A stretch of 64,000 nucleotides of DNA from an uncultured Agathobaculum sp. (GCA_944384725.1 CALWUJ010000004.1:33189-97188); one strand, 5' to 3'; positions 51,376-61,914 are shown, numbered from the stretch's first letter. Program-made: numbers and translations. Notes: a model not told the origin generated them from the letters alone.

Positions 51376-52770
51376 ATGGCAAAATTATGGGCAGGACGGT
51401 TTCAGAAGGAAACCGATCTGGTGGTAAACGACTTTAACTCGTCGATCCTGTTTGACTGCCGGTTATATAAAGAGGATATCACAGGTTCAATCGCGCATGC
51501 GACCATGCTGGGCAAGCAGGGGATTATCGAAGAGCATGAAGCGGAAAAGATTGTAGAAGGGTTGAAGGGCATCCTTAAGGATATTGAGGATGGCAAGGTG
51601 GAGTTCTCGCTCGATTACGAAGACATCCACATGAATATTGAGCAGCTGCTGACTGAGCGCATCGGTGATACCGGCAAGCGTCTGCATACCGGTCGTTCGC
51701 GTAACGATCAGGTTGCGCTCGATATGCGTATGTATGTCAAGGCAGAGATTCAGGAGATCATCTCTATGATCTGCACTTTTATGAAGGCGCTGTGCAAAAA
51801 GAGCCGTGAAAATCTGGATGCAGTCATGCCGGGTTATACGCATTTGCAGCGTGCACAGCCGACTACGTTTGCGCATTATATGATGGCCTATGCCAACATG
51901 CTCAAGCGTGACATTGGCCGCTTGCAGGATTGTTTTGAGCGCATGGATGAAATGCCGCTTGGTTCTGGCGCTCTGGCTTCGACTACTTATCCGATCGACC
52001 GTGAGTTTGTTCGTCAGCAGCTGGGCTTTGCTCGCTTGACTGATAACTCGTTGGATGGTGTTTCCGACCGCGACTATTGTGTCGAGTTGCTTTCAGCGCT
52101 GTCTATCCTGATGATGCACTTGTCGCGTCTGTCTGAAGAAATCATTTCGTGGTGCTCTTGGGAGTTTAAGTTTATTGAGCTGGACGATGCGTATTCCACT
52201 GGCTCGTCCATCATGCCGCAGAAGAAGAATCCGGACGTATGCGAGCTGATCCGAGGCAAGACCGGCCGTGTGTACGGCGCGCTGACCACAATGCTGACCG
52301 TGCTCAAGGGTCTGCCGTTGGCATATAACAAGGATATGCAGGAGGACAAGGAGGCTGTGTTCGGCGCGATCGACACGGTCAAGCAATGCCTTGAGGTATT
52401 CACGCCCATGTTCTCGACCATGACGCTGCGCCGCGATAATATGCGCAAGGCGGCATCCGGCGGCTTTATCAACGCCACCGACTGCGCAGACTACCTGACC
52501 AAGAAGGGGATGCCGTTCCGTGATGCATACAAGACGGTCGGCCGTCTGGTCAATCAGTGCATCAAGGCGGATGAAACGCTGGAAACCATGACCATGCGCG
52601 ACTTTGCCGCGATTTCGGACAAATTCGGTGACGATATCTATGATGCACTCGATCTGCGTACCTGTGTTGCCGGCAGAAAGGTGGTCGGTGGCCCTGCACC
52701 GCAGGAGGTCACCCGCCAGATTGACAAGATCGAAAACTTCATCGCGGAGGTAGAGGGCGATGAAGCCTAA
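51376..52770 (+). CDS. argH: Argininosuccinate lyase
   Basis: LWAGRF, GRSRNDQ, GSSIMPQKKNPD. Confidence 0.97.
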   Translation: MAKLWAGRFQKETDLVVNDFNSSILFDCRLYKEDITGSIAHATMLGKQGIIEEHEAEKIVEGLKGILKDIEDGKVEFSLDYEDIHMNIEQLLTERIGDTGKRLHTGRSRNDQVALDMRMYVKAEIQEIISMICTFMKALCKKSRENLDAVMPGYTHLQRAQPTTFAHYMMAYANMLKRDIGRLQDCFERMDEMPLGSGALASTTYPIDREFVRQQLGFARLTDNSLDGVSDRDYCVELLSALSILMMHLSRLSEEIISWCSWEFKFIELDDAYSTGSSIMPQKKNPDVCELIRGKTGRVYGALTTMLTVLKGLPLAYNKDMQEDKEAVFGAIDTVKQCLEVFTPMFSTMTLRRDNMRKAASGGFINATDCADYLTKKGMPFRDAYKTVGRLVNQCIKADETLETMTMRDFAAISDKFGDDIYDALDLRTCVAGRKVVGGPAPQEVTRQIDKIENFIAEVEGDEA

Positions 52771-53680
52771 GGTATATATTGACGGCAAAGAGGGTACGAC
52801 CGGTTTACAGATTTACGACCGGCTTTCCGGTCGGGATGATATCGAATTGCTGCTGATCGACGAGGACAAGCGCAAGGATAACGAAGAGCGTCGCAAGTTT
52901 CTGAACGCTGCGGATATTGTGTTCCTTTGTCTGCCGGATGCGGCAGCAAAGGAAGCGGTTGCATTAATCGAGAACAACCATACCCGCGTCATTGATGCTT
53001 CCACCGCGCACCGCACGAATCCTGATTGGGATTACGGTTTTGCCGAGCTTTCCAAAGCGCATCGCATGGCGATTGCGGAGTCCAAGCGGGTCGCCAATCC
53101 TGGTTGCCATGCGAGCGGATTTATTGCGTCGGTGTATCCGTTAGTGGCGCGCGATGTCGTGCCCGCGGATTTTGCGTTCACCTGTTCCTCGCTGACCGGT
53201 TATTCGGGCGGCGGCAAAAAGATGATTGCAGAATATGAGGACGAAAATCGTGATATTTGTCATGATTCCGAACGTATATATGGCCTGAACCTGCATCACA
53301 AGCATCTGCCTGAGATGGAGTACGTCTGTGGGCTGACGCAGCCGCCGGTGTTTGTGCCTGTGGTTGGCGATTTTTACAAGGGAATGGCAACAACCGTTAT
53401 GCTGCCGGGATTGGATGCCGCGCGCGTGCATGAAGCGCTTGCCAGACATTACGAGGGCCAGAAGTTGGTCACGGTTGCACCGCTCGGCGGCGATGGATCT
53501 GTGATTTATGCCAATACACTTGCCGGGCATGATAGTCTGCGGCTGATCGTGAACGGACATGAAGAACAAACCATCGTTACTGCGCTGTTTGACAATCTCG
53601 GCAAGGGCGCGTCGGGCGCAGCGGTGCAGAATATGAATATCATGCTCGGGTTGGACGAAACAACCGGGCTGACCCTGTAA
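52760..53680 (+). CDS. argC: N-acetyl-gamma-glutamyl-phosphate reductase (type 2)
   Basis: IDG.EGTTGL, ANPGC, DNLGKGASGAA. Confidence 0.93.
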   Translation: MKPKVYIDGKEGTTGLQIYDRLSGRDDIELLLIDEDKRKDNEERRKFLNAADIVFLCLPDAAAKEAVALIENNHTRVIDASTAHRTNPDWDYGFAELSKAHRMAIAESKRVANPGCHASGFIASVYPLVARDVVPADFAFTCSSLTGYSGGGKKMIAEYEDENRDICHDSERIYGLNLHHKHLPEMEYVCGLTQPPVFVPVVGDFYKGMATTVMLPGLDAARVHEALARHYEGQKLVTVAPLGGDGSVIYANTLAGHDSLRLIVNGHEEQTIVTALFDNLGKGASGAAVQNMNIMLGLDETTGLTL

Positions 53681-53713
53681 TTATTTCGCTGTGCGCAAAG
53701 GAGAAGTGAAACG

Positions 53714-54922
53714 ATGAAAATTATCGAAGGCGGCGTGTGTGCCGCACAAGGCTTTACTGCGGGCAGCATCCGCTGCGGCATTAAGGAAAGCCGTACCAAT
53801 GACGATACCGCGATTATTTTCAGCGCGTGCGAATGCACCGCTGCGGCTACTTATACGATGAACCGTGTCAAGGCAGCACCGGTTTATGTTACGATGGAGC
53901 ATCTGGAAAACGGTGTTGCGCGTGCGATCATTGCGAACTCCGGCAACGCCAATGCCTGCGCGCCTGATGGCATGGAAAATGCCCGCCGCATGGCAAAGGC
54001 GGCATCCAAGCTGCTCGGTGTGGATGAGGACGATGTTGTGGTTGCTTCCACCGGTGTCATCGGTCAGCGCCTGCCGGTCGAGTGCATTGAGAAGCATTTG
54101 CCGGAAATTAAACTGGAAGAGAACGGCTCGGAAAAAGCGAATCTTGCTATTATGACGACCGACACGCGTACCAAGACAGCAGCGGTTGAATTTACAATCG
54201 GCGGAAAAACCTGCCGCATCGGCGGTATCTGCAAGGGAAGTGGCATGATTCACCCGAATATGGGCACCATGCTGTCCTTTATCACGACTGACTGTGCGAT
54301 TACACATGAAATGCTGACTGAAGCCTTGCAGGAGAACGTGCGCAAGACGTATAACCGCGTCACGGTAGACGGCGATACCTCGACCAACGATATGTGTGTG
54401 GTGCTGGCAAATGGCATGGCAGGCAATGAACTGATCGATTGGCAGGACGAGGACTATCAGGCGTTCTGCAAGGCGCTGAATGAAGTCAACACGCGTCTGG
54501 CGCGTCAGATTGCGGCGGATGGTGAGGGTGCCAGCAAGCTGGTCACCTGCACGGTGAGCGGTTCGCGTTCGGAAGAGGCGGCAGAGCGTCTGGCAAAGGC
54601 AGTCGTCGGCTCGAATCTGGTCAAGGCGGCAATGTTTGGTGCAGATGCGAACTGGGGCCGTGTGCTGTGCGCAATGGGTTATTCCAAGGCGCCGTTCCGG
54701 CCGGAATATGTGACGGTCGCGTTTTCCTCTGTCGCAGGCAGTATCACGGTCTGCGAAAAGGGGGAAGCGGTTGATTTTGACGAGGATCTGGCAAAGAAGA
54801 TCCTGTCTGAAAATGAGGTCGTGATCGAAGTGAATGTCAACGAGGGCGACGACTGCGCAACGGCGTGGGGCTGCGATCTGACGTATGATTACGTGAAAAT
54901 CAACGGCGATTACCGCACCTGA
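53714..54922 (+). CDS. argJ: Ornithine acetyltransferase
   Basis: KGSGMIHPNMGTML, DGDTSTND, DGEGA. Confidence 0.96.
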   Translation: MKIIEGGVCAAQGFTAGSIRCGIKESRTNDDTAIIFSACECTAAATYTMNRVKAAPVYVTMEHLENGVARAIIANSGNANACAPDGMENARRMAKAASKLLGVDEDDVVVASTGVIGQRLPVECIEKHLPEIKLEENGSEKANLAIMTTDTRTKTAAVEFTIGGKTCRIGGICKGSGMIHPNMGTMLSFITTDCAITHEMLTEALQENVRKTYNRVTVDGDTSTNDMCVVLANGMAGNELIDWQDEDYQAFCKALNEVNTRLARQIAADGEGASKLVTCTVSGSRSEEAAERLAKAVVGSNLVKAAMFGADANWGRVLCAMGYSKAPFRPEYVTVAFSSVAGSITVCEKGEAVDFDEDLAKKILSENEVVIEVNVNEGDDCATAWGCDLTYDYVKINGDYRT

Positions 54923-54952
54923 TGAACTTACAAAATAAAGGGAAGAGGCAAT

Positions 54953-55825
54953 ATGGATACACAACTTGATGCAGAGCTGAAAGCCAAAATTCTGGTCGAA
55001 GCGCTGCCTTATATCCAGAAATATTACGGACAGACCGTCGTAGTCAAATATGGCGGCAATGCCATGATCAATGAAGAGCTCAAGGACGCGGTCATCCACG
55101 ACCTTGTACTGCTCAATCTGGTCGGCGTTAAGGTCGTTGTGGTACACGGTGGTGGACCGGAAATCTCCGAAATGCTCAAAAAGATTGGCAAGGAATCGCG
55201 CTTTGTTAACGGTCTGCGCTACACTGACCGCGAGACTATGGATATCGTACAGATGGTGCTTTGTGGCAAGGTTAATAAGGATCTTGTGACGCTGCTTGAA
55301 AAGGCAGGTGGACGCGGTATCGGTCTGGGTGGTATGGACGGCGGTATGTTTCAGGCGAAGCGCTTGACCGACCGCACCGGCACGGACTACGGCTATGTAG
55401 GTGATATCGTTGATGTGAATCCTGCGCCGGTTATTGACGTACTCGAGCAGGGCTATATCCCGGTCGTTTCGACGGTGGCGCAAGGCATTGACGATGAAAC
55501 CAATTATAACATTAACGCGGACACTGCGGCCTGCAAGCTGGCGGTCGCGCTGGGGGCAAAGAAACTCATTCTGCTGACCGATGTGCGCGGCTTGATGCTT
55601 GACCCGGACGATGAATCGACCTTGTTGACCAACCTCAAGGTTTCCGAAGTGCCAAAACTGGTGCGCGATGGCGTTATTAAGGGTGGTATGATCCCGAAGG
55701 TGGATTGCTGCGTGGAAGCGGTCCGCAAGGGCGTTGATCAGGCGAATATTCAGGACGGTCGTGTGAAGCATTCGATTTTGATTGAATTGCTGTCCAAGGT
55801 TGGCGTTGGCACGATGTTCCAGTGA
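54953..55825 (+). CDS. argB: Acetylglutamate kinase
   Basis: KYGGNAM, VHGGGP, NINAD, GGMIPK. Confidence 0.96.
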   Translation: MDTQLDAELKAKILVEALPYIQKYYGQTVVVKYGGNAMINEELKDAVIHDLVLLNLVGVKVVVVHGGGPEISEMLKKIGKESRFVNGLRYTDRETMDIVQMVLCGKVNKDLVTLLEKAGGRGIGLGGMDGGMFQAKRLTDRTGTDYGYVGDIVDVNPAPVIDVLEQGYIPVVSTVAQGIDDETNYNINADTAACKLAVALGAKKLILLTDVRGLMLDPDDESTLLTNLKVSEVPKLVRDGVIKGGMIPKVDCCVEAVRKGVDQANIQDGRVKHSILIELLSKVGVGTMFQ

Positions 55826-55841
55826 GAAAGAAGCGAAATAA

Positions 55842-57023
55842 ATGACATATCAAGAACTTAAGGCCGAGGAAAATCAATATGTGATGAATACCTACGGCCG
55901 TTTCCCGATTGCGCTCGACCATGGCGAGGGCGCAACGGTGTGGGATGTGGAAGGCAAGAAATATATTGACCTTGCCTCAGGTATCGGCGTCAATTGCATG
56001 GGGTACAACAACCCGAAGATCATTGATGCGATCACTGCGCAGGCACATAAGCTGATGCATGTCTCCAACCTGTTTACCACCGAGCCAATGGTGCAGGTGG
56101 CCAAAAAACTGGTGGAAAAAACGCACCTGAATGGCAAGGTGTTTTTTGCAAACTCAGGTGCCGAGGCGAACGAGGGCGCAATCAAGCTTGCGCGCAAATA
56201 TTCGTATGATAAATACGGTGAGGGACGCTACAAAATCGTAACGCTCATCAATTCGTTCCACGGACGTACGGTCACTACGCTCAAAGCGACCGGTCAGGAT
56301 CGGTTCCACAACTATTTCTTCCCCTTTACGGAGGGGTTTGATTATGCGGTAGCAAACGACTTCGATTCTGTCCGGAAAAAGGTGGATGACATGACCTGCG
56401 CGGTGATGATGGAACTCGTGCAGGGTGAGGGCGGCGTGTTGCCGCTCGATCCGGATTTTGTTAAACAGGTTGAGGCACTTTGCCGCGAAAAAGATTTGCT
56501 GCTCATCATTGACGAGGTGCAGACTGGTATCGGCCGCACGGGCAGCCTGTTCTGCTTCCAGCAGTACGACATCCGTCCGGATGTGGTGACCATGGCCAAG
56601 GGGCTTGGCGGCGGTATGCCGATTGGCGCAGTGCTGGCAGCGGAAAGCTGCTCTAAGGTTTTGACCCCCGGCACACATGCCACGACCTTTGGCGGTACAC
56701 CGATCGTATGTGCCGTAGCCAATGCCGTACTCGATACCGTTGGAGATGGCCAATTTCTGACTCAGGTACGGGAAAAAGGTGAATATCTGAAAAATGGTAT
56801 TCTGGCGCTTGGTTCTCCCAACATCCATGGTGTGCGTGGTATGGGTCTGATGCTGGGCATCATTGTAGACGAGGGTAAACATGCGGCTTTTGCCAATAAA
56901 TTGATTGAAAAAGGTGTGTTGGCGATCACGGCGGGCAAAAATGCCGTTCGTCTGCTGCCTCCGCTGACCATCTCCAAGGAAGAGATGGACGAAGCGCTCC
57001 ATATCATGAAAGAGGTGTTTTGA
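55842..57023 (+). CDS. argD: Acetylornithine aminotransferase
   Basis: NSGAEANE, SFHGRT, DEVQTG, AKGLGGG. Confidence 0.94.
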   Translation: MTYQELKAEENQYVMNTYGRFPIALDHGEGATVWDVEGKKYIDLASGIGVNCMGYNNPKIIDAITAQAHKLMHVSNLFTTEPMVQVAKKLVEKTHLNGKVFFANSGAEANEGAIKLARKYSYDKYGEGRYKIVTLINSFHGRTVTTLKATGQDRFHNYFFPFTEGFDYAVANDFDSVRKKVDDMTCAVMMELVQGEGGVLPLDPDFVKQVEALCREKDLLLIIDEVQTGIGRTGSLFCFQQYDIRPDVVTMAKGLGGGMPIGAVLAAESCSKVLTPGTHATTFGGTPIVCAVANAVLDTVGDGQFLTQVREKGEYLKNGILALGSPNIHGVRGMGLMLGIIVDEGKHAAFANKLIEKGVLAITAGKNAVRLLPPLTISKEEMDEALHIMKEVF

Positions 57024-57938
57024 TTGAAGCATTTACTTAAACTGCTGGATTGCTCGACCGAGGAGATCATCGGTCTGCTCGATCTTGCCGATCAGCTCAA
57101 ATATGAAAAGAAGCATAACATTTCCCACCGCCATCTGGAAGGCAAGAGCCTTGGCATGATCTTCCAGAAGTCCTCCACCCGCACGCGCGTCTCGTTCGAG
57201 ACGGGTATGTACCAGTTAGGTGGTCAGGCGCTGTTCCTGTCCAACCGGGACTTGCAGATCGGGCGTGGCGAACCGGTACAGGATACGGCACGTGTCCTCA
57301 GCCGCTATTTGGACGGTATCATGATCCGTACCTATGAGCAGAAGGAAGTCGAGGATCTGGCAAATTACGGCACGATTCCGATTATCAACGGCTTGACAGA
57401 TTTCTGCCATCCGTGCCAGGTATTGGCTGACCTGATGACCATCCGCGAAAAGTTTGCAGTGCTTGAGGGTATCAAGATGTGCTATATCGGCGATGGCAAC
57501 AATATGGCAAACTCCCTGATTGTCGGCGGTCTGAAAACCGGTATGAAGGTATCGGTTGCAACGCCGGAAGGCTATCGTCCGCACGCAGACGTTATGGCGT
57601 TTGCTGAGGGTAATCCGGACTTCTTCATCACAGATGATCCGATGAAGGCAGCCGAGAATGCAGACGTGGTCATCACTGACACTTGGGCATCCATGGGTAT
57701 GGAAGCTGAGAAAGAAGTGCGCATGAAGGCGTTCAAGGGCTACCAGGTGAACGACGAACTGCTGGCCGCAGCCAAGCTCGGCTGTATGGTGCAGCACTGC
57801 CTGCCGGCATATCGTGGGCAGGAAATCACCACCAAGGTGTTTGAGGCACATGCGGATGAGATCTTTGAGGAAGCGGAGAACCGTTTGCATGCGCAGAAGG
57901 CGGTTATGGTTACGCTGATGGGTAATCAGGACGCATAA
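57024..57938 (+). CDS. argF: Ornithine carbamoyltransferase
   Basis: STRT, HPCQ, SMG, HCLP motifs; TTG start. Confidence 0.96.
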   Translation: MKHLLKLLDCSTEEIIGLLDLADQLKYEKKHNISHRHLEGKSLGMIFQKSSTRTRVSFETGMYQLGGQALFLSNRDLQIGRGEPVQDTARVLSRYLDGIMIRTYEQKEVEDLANYGTIPIINGLTDFCHPCQVLADLMTIREKFAVLEGIKMCYIGDGNNMANSLIVGGLKTGMKVSVATPEGYRPHADVMAFAEGNPDFFITDDPMKAAENADVVITDTWASMGMEAEKEVRMKAFKGYQVNDELLAAAKLGCMVQHCLPAYRGQEITTKVFEAHADEIFEEAENRLHAQKAVMVTLMGNQDA

Positions 57939-58034
57939 GCGCAGAACACAGAATGACGTAAACGAGGGAGGGGCAGTGCGCTCCTCCTTTGTTTCGCTTA
58001 GAAGGATGTGGCCTTTTATGATGGGGGTAACAGA

Positions 58035-59411
58035 TTGAGTGCGAAGCAAATTGATTTTTCCAAAGGAAGCGTGCGGAAGAGTACGCTGGCGGTCGCTGCA
58101 CCGATGCTGGTAGCACAGGCGCTGAATCTGCTGTATAACATTGTCGATCGGATTTATATCGGTAAAATTCCGGGAGAGGGAATGATTGCATTGGCCGGCG
58201 TGGGCCTTTGCTTTCCGGTTATCACATTGGTAACAGCGTTTGCCAACTTATTTGGCTTGGGGGGTGCGCCTCTGTGCGCCATTGCACGCGGCCAACAGGA
58301 TGAAGCAGGCGCTCGAAAAATCATGACCAATGCCTATTTCATGCTGCTTTTGACAGGAATTGTGTTGACTGCGTTGGGAATTGCGTTGCAAAAACCGATT
58401 CTGTATTTGTTGGGAGCAAGTGATACTACCTATTCATATGCTGCGTCCTATCTAACGGTTTATTTGCTGGGAACGGTTTTTGTAATGACTGCGCTTGGAT
58501 TGAATCCATATATCAACAGCCAGGGTTTCGCGCGCATTGGCATGCTAACTGTATTGTTGGGTGCTGCGGCAAATATTGTGCTCGATCCGGTATTTATTTT
58601 TGTGCTGGATATGGGTGTGCGAGGCGCAGCTGTGGCAACTATCTTGTCGCAATTATTGTCAGCTGTATGGGTGTTTCGCTTTTTGACCGGACAAAAAGCG
58701 GAACTCCGTCTGAATTTTCATGGATTTCGGCCGGATTTCAGCTGTATCCGTAAAATTACGCTTTTGGGTACAGCCAGCTTTGTGATGTCGTTTACTGATT
58801 CGCTGGTGCAAGGGGCGTGTAACGCCATGCTGCGCCAGTTTGGCGGCGATCTGTATATCAGTGTGATGACTGTCATCAATTCTGTCCGACAGATTGCGCA
58901 AACGCCGGTTATGGCAATTTCGGATGGGGCTTCGCCTGTCATCAGCTTCAATTACGGAGCGCGTTCCTATAAGCGGGTGCAGCAGGCCATTCGTTTTATG
59001 ACACAGCTCGGATTTGGATATACATTGCTGATCTGGGGCTTGATTTCCGCTTTTCCGACATTTTTCATCCGCATTTTCAATCATGAGACAGCGTTGCTGT
59101 CTGCGGCTGTGCCCGCGCTGCACCTATATTTCTTTGGCTTTGCGATGATGGCGTTTCAGTTTGCGGGACAGTGTGTGTTCAAATCGCTGGGCCATGCGCG
59201 TATGGCCATTTTCTTTTCGGTTTTCCGTAAGGTGATTATTGTCGTGCCGCTGACGCTGCTGCTGCCGCACATTTGTGGACTGGGTGTCAATGGCGTATTT
59301 CTTGCCGAGCCGATTTCCAATTGTGTTGGCGGTCTTTTGTGTTATGTAACGATGCGGCGTACCGTTCTTTTGCAGTTGAAAGAAGAAAACGAAAGAGAAG
59401 GTGCGTCTTAG
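58035..59411 (+). CDS. MATE family efflux transporter
   Basis: YNIVDRIYIG, NIVLDP.FI, GAA.AT; about 12 TM segments; TTG start inferred. Confidence 0.88.
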   Translation: MSAKQIDFSKGSVRKSTLAVAAPMLVAQALNLLYNIVDRIYIGKIPGEGMIALAGVGLCFPVITLVTAFANLFGLGGAPLCAIARGQQDEAGARKIMTNAYFMLLLTGIVLTALGIALQKPILYLLGASDTTYSYAASYLTVYLLGTVFVMTALGLNPYINSQGFARIGMLTVLLGAAANIVLDPVFIFVLDMGVRGAAVATILSQLLSAVWVFRFLTGQKAELRLNFHGFRPDFSCIRKITLLGTASFVMSFTDSLVQGACNAMLRQFGGDLYISVMTVINSVRQIAQTPVMAISDGASPVISFNYGARSYKRVQQAIRFMTQLGFGYTLLIWGLISAFPTFFIRIFNHETALLSAAVPALHLYFFGFAMMAFQFAGQCVFKSLGHARMAIFFSVFRKVIIVVPLTLLLPHICGLGVNGVFLAEPISNCVGGLLCYVTMRRTVLLQLKEENEREGAS

Positions 59412-59494
59412 CATGTCTTTGACTTGCTTTTGCAGGCGCTTTTCGGTATAATGTGTGCGAGGCAGCCCGCTGGGCTTGGAAAAGGAGAAAATAC

Positions 59495-60031
59495 ATGGAA
59501 CTGCATTACGACATTACCAAGCAGGATTATATTGATTTTAACCTGAATTATTTCGTCAATAACGCTATGGTGCAGCGGAGCATCCTGATGACGCGCATTG
59601 CTACGGCGGTGCTGGTCCTTGTGGGCGGTACGGTGCTGATGTATTGGGTCAAGGGGCTTAGTGTGCTCTCGGTGGCGGTATATTTGGCATTGGCGGCGCT
59701 GTGCTTCTTCGGAACGCCGTGGTATATGAAGCGCAAGGTAGTCAAAAACACAGAACGTATCCTGAGGAATGCCAATAACAAGCAGCTGTGCGGTCCGAAA
59801 ACACTGACGTTGCGTGAGGACGAATTTGAGCTGTCCGGCGAAAATGAAGATACGGTCTACAAATATGAGGCTGTGCAGCGCACTGCGACGGATGCAGGGC
59901 ATTATTATATTTTTGTGGATGAGTTTTCTGCTGTAATTGTTCCGTTTTCCGCGTTTGCGGACGAGGAGCAGAAGAAGGCATTCTACAAACGCATTACTGC
60001 ACATATCGCGGATGAAGCGCTTAAATGCTGA
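59495..60031 (+). CDS. YcxB-like membrane protein
   Basis: Two N-terminal TMs, C-terminal IVP..AF pattern; AAGGAG RBS. Confidence 0.7.
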   Translation: MELHYDITKQDYIDFNLNYFVNNAMVQRSILMTRIATAVLVLVGGTVLMYWVKGLSVLSVAVYLALAALCFFGTPWYMKRKVVKNTERILRNANNKQLCGPKTLTLREDEFELSGENEDTVYKYEAVQRTATDAGHYYIFVDEFSAVIVPFSAFADEEQKKAFYKRITAHIADEALKC

Positions 60032-60064
60032 AAAAAAGCTCCCCTAAGGGGAGCTTTTTGTTTT
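60032..60064 (+). terminator. Terminator after ycxB-like gene
   Basis: AAAAAGCTCCCC/GGGGAGCTTTTT. Confidence 0.8.
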
Positions 60065-60071
60065 GGTAAGA

Positions 60072-60099
60072 GGAACTGGCTGAAATATGGTACGTCTAA
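60072..60099 (+). promoter_or_regulatory. ECF-sigma-type promoter of serpin gene
   Basis: GGAAC-N16-CGTCTA; no clear sigmaA promoter in the spacer. Confidence 0.55.
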
Positions 60100-60128
60100 C
60101 CAAATAGATCAAACGAATGGAGGGGATC

Positions 60129-61865
60129 ATGATGAAACGAAGGATAGTAACGGCGGTGCTCAGCCTGTGCGTATTGCTGTCGGTGGCAGCCGGTGCAGCA
60201 CAGGAGAAGGAAGTATGTGGATATCCAACAGAGCAATCCATGCAGGAATTGTCAAAAACGGTTAAGCGTGGAGAGTTTCTGGAAGCGCTTGCAATTGCAT
60301 CTGGTGAGAATCCGGCAGACAGCGCGTGGATCAACGTGGAGGATTACTTTGTTGACGGTGCAGAAGCATCTGATGGCGTTAAGTGGGCGTTTGCTAAGTG
60401 GGTTTTGAACGGCGATGGTGAGGGAGAAGACCGTGGCACACTGCGGCTTGATGATGCCATCACCCGGCAGGAAGCTGCGGCATTTCTCGGGCGATATTTG
60501 GATTATCGCTATACAGAGTTGCCAGCCGGTTGCGGTACAGGTTCCCCTTCGATGGATAACGTCGCGGACTGGGCACAGCATGGCGTGATGCAGTGTTGGA
60601 TGTATGGTGTAATCGACACAAAAGATATGCCTGATTTTCGGCCGAACAGTTTGGTATCCGGTGAAGAGGCAGCAGATTGGATCGCAAATGCGAATGCCGT
60701 GACAGCAAGCGCATATTGGACACCCGAAGAGGCGGGCACGTTTGCCGACGCGTTGGTGCGCGCGGTCGCAACGGAAGGGAATTGGGCGCTGTCGCCGTAT
60801 TCTGCGCGGCTATGCCTTGCTATGCTGGCAAACGGCGCCAAGGGCGAAACACAAGCCGAACTGCTGGATGCTTTGCGGATCGACGATTTGGACGCATTTA
60901 ACCAGAGTGTGAAGCAATTGCTGGAAATATATGATGGCTATGATCGCATCATGTCGCTGGATACAGCAAATTCTATCTGGATTAATCAGAGCTGGTTTGA
61001 TGGTAAGGGTGAATTTCTGCCGGATTTTGTGAAAACCATGGATGCGGACTATCGCGCGACAGTCGAAGAGGTCACGAATAAAGACTCAGTCGAGCGGGTC
61101 AACGCATGGGCAAATGAAAAGACAAACGGCAAAATTCCGTCTATCCTGACCGAAGAGAACCGAGAATTTGTCACTGCGCTGGTCAATGCCGTATACTTCA
61201 AAGCGGCGTGGGCAAACGAATTTTACGAACACAATACGGAAAAGGCTGAGTTTGCGAATGCAGATGGCACGACCGGCACCGTTGACATGATGCACCAGAC
61301 GGATGGTTTCGGCTACTATGCCACACCGGGCGTTGAGGCGCTGAAAATGGACTATCGAAAATACGCGGTGGATAATGCCGAGGGCGACAATTGGGAATAT
61401 TTCCGCGACGCAGATTTCAGCATGTATCTGATTCAGGCGGATGAAACGCTGGATGTGCAGCATTTGCTCGATCAGGCCGAATTTGTTTACGGTGATGTTG
61501 CGGTATCCGTTCCAAAATTCAAGGTGGAGTATGGTACGGCGCTGGATGATGCTCTGCAGACGCTTGGGGTTAAGACTGCATATGACCCGGAAAAAGCCGA
61601 TTTGACCGCGATGATTGATCCGACTGGTTTGCCCGGCAAACAGCACTTCCTTGATACCGTGCTGCAAAAGACATATATTTCTGTCGACGAAAAGGGCACT
61701 GAGGCGGCGGCTGTTACTGCTGCAGCAAACACTGGAGGATCTGCCGAGCCGACTCGTCCGAAGCTGATGCGCACTTTCACGGCAGACAGCCCGTTTTGGT
61801 TTGTGATCCGTGATAATGCGAACGAAGAGATTCTGTTTGTTGGCCGATATGAAATGGCGCAATAA
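60129..61865 (+). CDS. Secreted SLH-domain serpin
   Basis: Signal peptide, SLH-type ITRQEAA and WA...GVI..FRPN; serpin SPYS, VNAW..EKT.GKI, VNAVYFKAAW, EKGTEAAA hinge, F.ADSPF.FVI..ILFVG. Confidence 0.9.
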   Translation: MMKRRIVTAVLSLCVLLSVAAGAAQEKEVCGYPTEQSMQELSKTVKRGEFLEALAIASGENPADSAWINVEDYFVDGAEASDGVKWAFAKWVLNGDGEGEDRGTLRLDDAITRQEAAAFLGRYLDYRYTELPAGCGTGSPSMDNVADWAQHGVMQCWMYGVIDTKDMPDFRPNSLVSGEEAADWIANANAVTASAYWTPEEAGTFADALVRAVATEGNWALSPYSARLCLAMLANGAKGETQAELLDALRIDDLDAFNQSVKQLLEIYDGYDRIMSLDTANSIWINQSWFDGKGEFLPDFVKTMDADYRATVEEVTNKDSVERVNAWANEKTNGKIPSILTEENREFVTALVNAVYFKAAWANEFYEHNTEKAEFANADGTTGTVDMMHQTDGFGYYATPGVEALKMDYRKYAVDNAEGDNWEYFRDADFSMYLIQADETLDVQHLLDQAEFVYGDVAVSVPKFKVEYGTALDDALQTLGVKTAYDPEKADLTAMIDPTGLPGKQHFLDTVLQKTYISVDEKGTEAAAVTAAANTGGSAEPTRPKLMRTFTADSPFWFVIRDNANEEILFVGRYEMAQ

Positions 61866-61914
61866 TTGGTTGACAAACTGTGCTTTGGGGTATAATATAA
61901 ACGTATATATAGTT

